From: an uncultured Planctomycetota bacterium
Lineage (GTDB): Bacteria; Planctomycetota; PLA2; JAEUHO01
Reading direction: 5' to 3'
NCBI GenBank assembly: GCA_963752285.1
Contig: CAVVXN010000001.1
Span: forward strand, 352,001-416,000
Length of the DNA: 64,000 nucleotides
Shown: one piece after another, positions 57,609-64,000 of the stretch
Layout: each line of letters opens with the position of its first letter
Numbering within the stretch: position 1 is the first letter of the stretch
The notes under the pieces: generated by a model
The model's database searches: none
Seen by the model: the letters and a program-made list of their open reading frames with translations, nothing else
Told to the model about the DNA's origin: nothing
Program-made: the position numbers and the translations under genes

Positions 57609-57734
57609 CCGCGCGATCTCCACGGCCTCGCCGGGGCGATGCTACCGGTTCCCGTGTGGGAGACCCCCCCCGTCCGGGGAGCGCTTGGCGTCCGCGGCCG
57701 CTCCGGTACCTTTCCTCCTCTCAGAGGAGGCGCG

Positions 57735-58949
57735 ATGGCCGCCAGGAAGTCCACCGGGGGCAAGAAGGCGTCCGGCGCCAAGAAGAAGCCCGCCGCCCAG
57801 CCCGCGGCGCCGAAGGCGGCCGCGAAGAAGGCGACGCGGAAGAAGGCGCCGGCGGCCGCGCCGGCGAAGCGGAAGGCCGCCCCGCGCGCGAAGAAGCCCG
57901 CCCCGGAGGCGACGGCGCCCGCCGAGAAGCGGCTCGTCGAGGAGGTCGCCGCCGCCGCGCCGGACGAGCCGGTCGCGGCGCGCGACGACGCGGCGGCGCC
58001 GGCCAAGGGCGCCGAGGCGGCCGAGGGCGCCGAGGGCGCCGGTACGGTCCAGGAGGTCGCCGCGCCGCCCCGTCGCGCGCGACGCGTGCCTCCGATGCCG
58101 CCCCGGCGGGCCGACGGGACCATCACGGTCGCGCTCTCCCCGGACGCGGACGACGCGTTCATGTTCTACGCGCTCGCTGCCGGCAAGGTGGACACGCAGG
58201 ACCGTCGCTACGAGCTCGTGCGCGAGGAGATCCAGGTCCTGAACGAGCGCGCGCGGGAGGGCGTCCACGACGTCACCGCGATCTCCTTCGGCGCGTTCCC
58301 CCACCTCGAGGACCGGTATCTCCTCCTCACCTGCGGCGCGTCGTTCGGGGACGGTCGCGGGCCCGTGCTCGTCGCGAAGACCCCGATCCGCACGAACGAG
58401 GTGAACGGGCTGACCGTCGCGGTGCCGGGTCTCCTGACGACCGCGGCCCTCGCCCTGCGCCTCTGGTTGCCGCACGCCAACCTGAACCTCGTCGAGGTCC
58501 CGTTCGACGACGTGGTGGACGCCGTGCGCTCGGGGCGGACCCGCGCGGGCGTGCTGATCCACGAGCGGCAGCTCACGTGGCGCGAGGACAACCTCGTGCG
58601 CATCGTCGACTTCGCCCAGTGGTGGGGCGAGAAGACGGAGGGCCTGCCGCTGCCGCTCGGCGCGAACGCGATCCGGCGCGACATCCCCGAGGAGGAGCGC
58701 ACCGAGATCGCGCTCGACATCAAGCGCTCGATCGCCTACGGCCTCGGCCACCGCGAGGAGGCACTGGACCACGCGATGCACTACGCGAAGGGCATCGACA
58801 AGAAGCTCGTGGACGAGTACGTCGGGATGTACGTGAACGAGCTCGCGCTCGACTACGCGGAGCGCGGCCGCCAGGCCGTCCGCCACTTCTTCGAAGAGGC
58901 GAAGCGGTTTCGACTCGTTCCTCCCGACCTCGAACCCGACTTCGCATAG
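57735..58949 (+). CDS. mqnD: MqnD-family futalosine-pathway protein with a Lys/Ala-rich N-terminal extension
   Basis: GAGGAGG before ATG 57735; SPDADDAFMFYAL, GASFGDGRGP, PGLLTTA, LIHE, LPLPLG, MYVN. Confidence 0.82.
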   Translation: MAARKSTGGKKASGAKKKPAAQPAAPKAAAKKATRKKAPAAAPAKRKAAPRAKKPAPEATAPAEKRLVEEVAAAAPDEPVAARDDAAAPAKGAEAAEGAEGAGTVQEVAAPPRRARRVPPMPPRRADGTITVALSPDADDAFMFYALAAGKVDTQDRRYELVREEIQVLNERAREGVHDVTAISFGAFPHLEDRYLLLTCGASFGDGRGPVLVAKTPIRTNEVNGLTVAVPGLLTTAALALRLWLPHANLNLVEVPFDDVVDAVRSGRTRAGVLIHERQLTWREDNLVRIVDFAQWWGEKTEGLPLPLGANAIRRDIPEEERTEIALDIKRSIAYGLGHREEALDHAMHYAKGIDKKLVDEYVGMYVNELALDYAERGRQAVRHFFEEAKRFRLVPPDLEPDFA

Positions 58950-59054
58950 CCCGGCGCGCTGAGAGCCACGTTCGCGGCCCTTCCTCCTCCTTGCGTGCCT
59001 TCGCACGCGGCGTCGTCGTCATGGCCACTCCTTGTGGCTCTCAGCGCGCCGGGC
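58949..59054. repeat. Palindromic element, copy B
   Basis: Perfect 21-bp outer stem (58949-58969 / 59034-59054); 49-nt core at 58978-59026. Confidence 0.88.
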
Positions 59055-59260
59055 CCGGTGGGGACGCGTGGGCGTTCGGGCTCGCGGGCCCGCCTTCGGC
59101 GGGGCCGCATCGCGCCGACCGCGATACGTACGGGGGGCCGCATCGCGCGGGCCGTCGTTGGCTGGCGGATGCGGGATTCGGGACGTACGACGTACGCCCT
59201 ACTCCCGACCGGCGGCGGAGGGCGCATGCGGCGAAGCCGCGAGCCCGTCCCGGTACCGCC

Positions 59261-59515
59261 GCGATGCGGCGCCGCCGCAGGCGGCCCCGCGAGCCCCGCC
59301 GCGCCCCGCCGCGCCGCGCCCGCGCGATGCGGCGCCGCCGCAGGCGGCCCCGCGAGCCCCGCCGCGCCGCGCCCCCGCCACGCCCGCGCGATGCGGCGCC
59401 GCCGCAGGCGGCCCCGCGAGCCCCGCCGCGCCCCGCCCCCGCCACGCCCGCGCGATGCGGCGCCGCCGCAGGCGGCCCCGCGAGCCCCGCCGCGCCCCGC
59501 CCCCGCCACGCCCGC
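59261..59515. repeat. Tandem array of 4 units, 63-64 bp each, each with a TGCGGC-GCC-GCCGCA hairpin
   Basis: GCGATGCGGCGCCGCCGCAGGCGGCCCCGCGAGCCCCGCCGCGCC starts at 59261, 59324, 59388 and 59452. Confidence 0.9.
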
Positions 59516-59520
59516 AACCG

Positions 59521-59624
59521 CCCGGCGCGCGGAGAGGTCAAAGGAGTGGCCATGACGACGACGCCGCGTGCGAATGCACGCAAGGAGGAGGAAGGGCCGC
59601 GAACTGACCTCTCCGCGCGCCGGG
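59521..59624. repeat. Palindromic element, copy C (inverted relative to A and B)
   Basis: Perfect 20-bp outer stem (59521-59540 / 59605-59624); the enclosed 64 nt is the reverse complement of the copy B interior at 63/64 positions. Confidence 0.88.
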
Positions 59625-59677
59625 ATGTGACCGGCGGGGAGGGAGGGGCGATGTAGGGCGGGACCCGGACGGAGTCC

Positions 59678-60610
59678 GTGATGCGCGCCCCTCTCTTCTG
59701 GCTCTCCACCACCCTGATCGCGGGACCGGCTCTGTGGGTCGGGATCCCGCTCCTCGCGCCGGCTCGGGCCGATCGGTCCGGGTCGGCTTCGACCCGCGCG
59801 CCCGTCCGTCCGGTCCCGCCTTCGTCTCCCGGCCTCGAGCCCCTCGCCGACGTCGCGCCCGGGCTCTCGTTCGATCTTCGGGCGCTCTCGCTCGGTCGGG
59901 TCGAGGCCGGGACCCGGCGGTCCTTCGAGGTCCCCTGGCGGCGCACCGGACCGGGGGCGCTCGGGGTGCTCGCGGTCCGGGCCGGCTGCGGGTGCCTCGA
60001 GGTGGGCGCCCTGCCCCGCGTGATCGGTGCGGGAGCGTCCGGCATGCTCACGGCCGCGCTCCGCGCGCCGGCGCGCCCGGGCCCGTTCCGCGTGGGCGTC
60101 CACGTCGTGACCGACGTCCCGCCCCCGGGTCGCGCGGTCTTCCGGGCGGAGGTGGAGGGCTACGTCGAGCGCCCGCTCGCCGCCCGGCCCACGGTCGTGG
60201 ACCTCGGGCCCCGCCGGCCCGGGGTCCGGGCACGCGCCGACGTCCTCCTCGTGGCGACCCGGGCCGCCGCCGGGACCGCGCCCGCCGTCGCCCTGGAGGG
60301 GATCGCGGGCACGGCGACCCTCTCCGAACCCGTGGTCCGCGCGGGCTCGGGCTGGCGCCTCCGCATCGAGGTGGTCGTCCCCGAGCGACCGGGCGCGTTC
60401 TGGGGTTCGGTCCGCGTGGACGGCGCCGTGTCGTTCCGGGTCCCGGTGCGCGGCGACGTCGTGGACGGTCCCGTCGCCGGAGGTCCCGCCGGGGGTCTCG
60501 CCGCGGACCCCGCCGCGGATCCCGGCGCGGAGGAGCGGCCCGGGAGCGGCGTCGCCCCGTCGGGACCGGCCGCCGGCGGTCCCGCGCCTCGGGACCGCGC
60601 GGTCAGATGA
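59678..60610 (+). CDS. Exported DUF1573-like Ig-fold protein
   Basis: N-terminal hydrophobic segment; AGCGC motif; two beta-rich domains. Confidence 0.6.
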   Translation: MMRAPLFWLSTTLIAGPALWVGIPLLAPARADRSGSASTRAPVRPVPPSSPGLEPLADVAPGLSFDLRALSLGRVEAGTRRSFEVPWRRTGPGALGVLAVRAGCGCLEVGALPRVIGAGASGMLTAALRAPARPGPFRVGVHVVTDVPPPGRAVFRAEVEGYVERPLAARPTVVDLGPRRPGVRARADVLLVATRAAAGTAPAVALEGIAGTATLSEPVVRAGSGWRLRIEVVVPERPGAFWGSVRVDGAVSFRVPVRGDVVDGPVAGGPAGGLAADPAADPGAEERPGSGVAPSGPAAGGPAPRDRAVR

Positions 60611-61796
60611 CGCCGAGTCGCTTCCCGACCCGGGTGAACGCGCCGATCGCGCGGTCCACGTCCTCGGGGGCGTGGGCGGCCGACAGCTGCACGCGGATCC
60701 GCGCCTTCCCCTTGGGTACGACGGGGTAGGAGAACCCGATGACGTAGATCCCCTCCTTCAAGAGGTCGTCCGCCATCTGCATGCTGAGGCGTGCGTCGCC
60801 GAGCATGATCGGGACGATCGGGTGCACGCCGGGACGGATCGCGAAGCCGGCGGCCGCCATGCCGTCGCGGAACCGGGTCGTGTTCTGTTCGAGGCGGTCC
60901 CTGAGCTCCGTGGTCTTGGACAGGAGCTCGAGGCACGCGATGGACGCGGCCACGAGCGTCGGTGCGACGCTGTTCGAGAAGAGGTAGGGTCGCGACCGCT
61001 GGCGGAGCAGGTCCACGACCTCCTTCTTCGCGGCCGTGAACCCGCCGCTCGCGCCCCCGAGGGCCTTCCCGAGGGTGGAGGTGACCACGTCGATCCGGCC
61101 CCCGACCCCGCAGTGCTCCCAGGAGCCGCGTCCCGTCCGGCCGAGGAACCCGGTGGCGTGGCAGTCGTCGATCATCACCATCGCCTCGTATCGCTCCGCG
61201 AGGTCGCAGATCTCGCCGAGGGGCGCGATGTCGCCGTCCATCGAGAACACGCCGTCGGTCGCGATCATGATGCGCCGGGCGCCGCCCGCCCGTGCCTCCT
61301 CGAGACGCTGGGCGAGGTCCGCCATGTCGAGGTGGGCGTACCGGTAGCGGCGGGCCTTGCAGAGTCGGATGCCGTCGATGATCGAGGCGTGGTTCAGCTC
61401 GTCGCTCACGATCGCGTCGTCCGCGCCGAGCAGCACCTCGAAGAGCCCGCCGTTCGCGTCGAAGCACGCCGCGTAGAGGATCGAGTCCTCGAGGCCGAGG
61501 AACGCCGCGATTCGCTGCTCGAGCTCCTTGTGGATGTCCTGCGTCCCGCAGATGAACCGCACGGAAGCCAGACCGAACCCGCGCTCGTCGAGCGCGCGCC
61601 GCGCGGCCGCGATCAGCGTGGGATGGTTCGCGAGGCCGAGGTAGTTGTTCGCGCAGAAGTTCACGACCTCCTGGCCGCCGCGAACCGTGATGTGCGCGTC
61701 CTGGGGGCTCGTGATGATGCGTTCGTGTTTCGCGAGGCCGGCGGACTCGATCTCTTCGAGCTCGGACTGGAGAGACGGCTTGACGCTCGTGTACAT
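60603..61796 (-). CDS. kbl: Glycine C-acetyltransferase (2-amino-3-ketobutyrate CoA ligase)
   Basis: [52 protein letters not shown]. Confidence 0.96.
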   Translation of the reverse strand: MYTSVKPSLQSELEEIESAGLAKHERIITSPQDAHITVRGGQEVVNFCANNYLGLANHPTLIAAARRALDERGFGLASVRFICGTQDIHKELEQRIAAFLGLEDSILYAACFDANGGLFEVLLGADDAIVSDELNHASIIDGIRLCKARRYRYAHLDMADLAQRLEEARAGGARRIMIATDGVFSMDGDIAPLGEICDLAERYEAMVMIDDCHATGFLGRTGRGSWEHCGVGGRIDVVTSTLGKALGGASGGFTAAKKEVVDLLRQRSRPYLFSNSVAPTLVAASIACLELLSKTTELRDRLEQNTTRFRDGMAAAGFAIRPGVHPIVPIMLGDARLSMQMADDLLKEGIYVIGFSYPVVPKGKARIRVQLSAAHAPEDVDRAIGAFTRVGKRLGVI

Positions 61797-61868
61797 GGGT
61801 CCTCCTCGAGGTCCGGCGCGTGGCGGGCCCGTCGTGCGAAGGGCCCGCCGTCGCGTCGCCTCCCGTGT

Positions 61869-62531
61869 CTACCACGCCGGGGCCGAAGGGGGCGTGTCGG
61901 GCGCGGCTGGTCGCGACGGGGGCGGAGACGGCGTCCGCGCCCGGCCGATGCGGAGCGTGCGCCCCCACCACGGTCGCGCGTAGCTGGCGAGCCGGCGGTA
62001 CAGCCGCCCGGTCGCGTCGCTCGTGCCGGCGAGCCGGCCCGGCGACTCGAGGGGTTCCGTCGAGAGCGTGGCCACCCAGTCGCCGAGGTCGCGTGGCTCG
62101 AGCGCGCGTTCCAGCGCGCCGAGCACGATCGGCGCCGTTGCCGCGACGGCTCGAGCGACCGCTTGCTCTTCCGCGCCGGTCCGCTCCGCGATCCACCGTA
62201 CCGCGCGGGGGCCGGCGTCGCCGAGCAGCCCGCCGAGACGTGGTGACACGGGGTCGCGCGCCAGACGACCGGCGATGCCCAGCTCGGGGGCGGCCACGTC
62301 CATGGGACGTCCGTACTTCTTCACGACCTCGAACGCGGCGCGGGCGTTCAGCGGACGCCGTCGCGTGCGGAGCGCGAGCCCGCTCGGCACGAGACCGGAC
62401 GTCGTCGCGTAGGCCTCCGCGGCCGCCCGGCGGGAGAGGTCGAGCTCGCGACACAGGCCGCGGACGGTCGCTGCCGCCGCGCGGACGAGGACGCGCTCCA
62501 CGCGACGGTGCGCCAACGTCGGCTCCAACAT
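61869..62531 (-). CDS. Hypothetical helical protein, weakly DUF937-like
   Basis: ATG 62531; LGGLLGD...IAERTG...AVAATAPIVLGAL pattern. Confidence 0.55.
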   Translation of the reverse strand: MLEPTLAHRRVERVLVRAAAATVRGLCRELDLSRRAAAEAYATTSGLVPSGLALRTRRRPLNARAAFEVVKKYGRPMDVAAPELGIAGRLARDPVSPRLGGLLGDAGPRAVRWIAERTGAEEQAVARAVAATAPIVLGALERALEPRDLGDWVATLSTEPLESPGRLAGTSDATGRLYRRLASYARPWWGRTLRIGRARTPSPPPSRPAAPDTPPSAPAW

Positions 62532-62591
62532 GGCGCACAGACTGCATCCGGCGCCGGACGTGGGCAAGTGGTGGGTGGTACCCTCTTCGAG

Positions 62592-63950
62592 ATGCACGGC
62601 GCGCGACGGATCCTCCTGGTCGTCCTCGTGCTCGTGGGCCCGGGGTTTGCGACGCGCGCGCTCGCGGACGGTTGGGACGACGCCCGGAACGCCTTCCACG
62701 AGAGCATGCGGTCGCCGGAGTGGAAGAAGCGCCGGGACGCCCTCCTGCTCCTCTCGGACTACGACGGCCAGGAGGCCGTCGAGGAGATCCTCCCCGCGGC
62801 CGCCCGCGACCCGAGCCCCGCCGTGGCGGGGGCCGCGATCGAGGTGCTCCGCCTGTACGCGTCGAGCTCGGCGCGCGACGCGCTCGTCGAGGTCGCGCGG
62901 GACGGAAAGGGACGCGAGCGCCTGCTGGCCCTCGTGGCGCTCGAGACGGGGAAGGGGCCGGAGGTCACGCGTCTCCTCCTCGAGGTCGCGGCCGGCAAGG
63001 ACGCCGAGGCCGCCGCCCAGGCGGCGCTGGACCTCGGTCGCTCGCCCGAGCCGCACCCCGGCGCGGCGCCCGTGCTGATCGACCTCCTCGCGCACAAGGA
63101 CTGGCAGGTGCGCGCCGCGGCAGCGCGCTCGCTCGCCCGGCGCCCGGACGAGAGCGCCGTCCCGGCGCTCGTGCGCGCGCTCGACGTCGCGAAGGGCCGG
63201 GACCGCGCCGACGTGATCGTGGCGCTCGAGACGACCACGAAGCAGGCGTACGGGAACGACGCGGCCGCGTGGAAGCGTCTCGCCGGCGGACAGGATCCCG
63301 CGACGATCAAGGCGCATCCCGAGCTCCCCCCGTCGGCGTTCGGAATCCCGATCTACGGCCAGCGCGTGGTCGTCGTGCTCGACGACAGTCTCCGGATGGG
63401 CGACCCCCACCCGTTCGACGCGGACCGTCTGCGCGCGCTCTCCGACCCGCCCGACGGCGCGGCGATCCCATGGTTTCGCGTGAAGACGAACGGCCAGTTC
63501 GCGATCAGCCACGTGCGCCACCTCGTCCACGGCATGCCGCGCGGCTCGAAGATCGGCCTGATCACGGTCAACGCCCAGGTCACGGACGCGCTCTCGGGTT
63601 TCGTGAACGCGGGCGCCTCGGCCTCGCGCCGCGCCGACGAGGTCCTCGACGGGCTCGTCCCCGACGACGGCCTGGACACGCTGGGCGCGCTCGACCGCGC
63701 GCTCGACTTCGCCGGCGACAAGGACGCGACGGCGTGGAACCGGGGGCCCGACGAGATCCTCTTCGTCACGGTGAACATGCCGCTGACGGGCGACGTGCGC
63801 GAGGCGGACGTAGTCGCCGCCGCGATCGGGCTGCGGGCGCGGCTCCGGATGGTCACGATCGACACCGTCGGCATCCACTTCCACCCGTACGACATGTGTC
63901 GGGCGCTGGCCGAGCGCACCGGCGGTACCTACGTCGACCTCGTGAAGTGA
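62592..63950 (+). CDS. Secreted HEAT-repeat plus VWA-like domain protein
   Basis: Signal peptide; HEAT repeats (LLAHKDWQVRAAAARSL); FGIPIYGQRVVVVLDDSLRM, EILFVT, IDTVG, LAERTGGTY. Confidence 0.82.
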   Translation: MHGARRILLVVLVLVGPGFATRALADGWDDARNAFHESMRSPEWKKRRDALLLLSDYDGQEAVEEILPAAARDPSPAVAGAAIEVLRLYASSSARDALVEVARDGKGRERLLALVALETGKGPEVTRLLLEVAAGKDAEAAAQAALDLGRSPEPHPGAAPVLIDLLAHKDWQVRAAAARSLARRPDESAVPALVRALDVAKGRDRADVIVALETTTKQAYGNDAAAWKRLAGGQDPATIKAHPELPPSAFGIPIYGQRVVVVLDDSLRMGDPHPFDADRLRALSDPPDGAAIPWFRVKTNGQFAISHVRHLVHGMPRGSKIGLITVNAQVTDALSGFVNAGASASRRADEVLDGLVPDDGLDTLGALDRALDFAGDKDATAWNRGPDEILFVTVNMPLTGDVREADVVAAAIGLRARLRMVTIDTVGIHFHPYDMCRALAERTGGTYVDLVK

Positions 63951-64000
63951 CGGGGGGCGGCCGCCGGGCCCCGCGGTGCCCCGCCGGCGGGCCGTTGCGG

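Noticed and set aside
59261..59515. CRISPR array or repeat-protein CDS
   Set aside because: No spacers; the overlapping ORFs are low-complexity Arg/Pro/Ala translations in several frames.
59541..59656. Small peptide MTTTPRANARKEEEG behind an AAGGAG SD inside the palindromic element
   Set aside because: The reading is similar in all three copies, but downstream length and stop differ, and the substitutions fit base-pair compensation better than codon conservation. Not excluded without ribosome profiling.
61797..61868. Glycine riboswitch or intrinsic terminator upstream of kbl
   Set aside because: Only a 9-bp GC stem (61822-61849) with no U-tract and no riboswitch consensus.

Overview
Very GC-rich bacterial DNA (roughly 70-75% by eye), probably a Planctomycetota-like genome. 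This is inferred from gene content: an ECF sigma factor with a long C-terminal extension, three HEAT-repeat proteins (one fused to a prenyltransferase/squalene-oxidase-repeat domain, one to a VWA domain), a membrane Ser/Thr kinase and DUF1800/DUF1501 pairs. About 50 genes can be called; most long ORFs in the supplied track are GC-rich shadow frames. Recognisable modules are a lipid A/envelope glycosylation operon (GT2, LAB_N, ArnT-like, epimerase), a tamB + lipoprotein Omp85 pair, a duplicated DUF1800-DUF1501 cluster with an Ig/GSDH lipoprotein, acyl-CoA genes, ettA, kbl, mqnD and trxC. No rRNA, tRNA, CRISPR array or transposase was seen. The strongest unexplained signals are non-coding. (1) A ~105-nt palindromic element occurs three times, with a conserved 49-nt core and compensatory changes in two stems; both loci also carry a 4 x ~64-bp hairpin array. 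(2) A perfect 32-bp inverted repeat encloses only the trxC gene. (3) TANNNT boxes recur 6-10 nt before SD-less start codons, suggesting leaderless mRNAs. Family assignments come from motif recognition by eye, not database searches.
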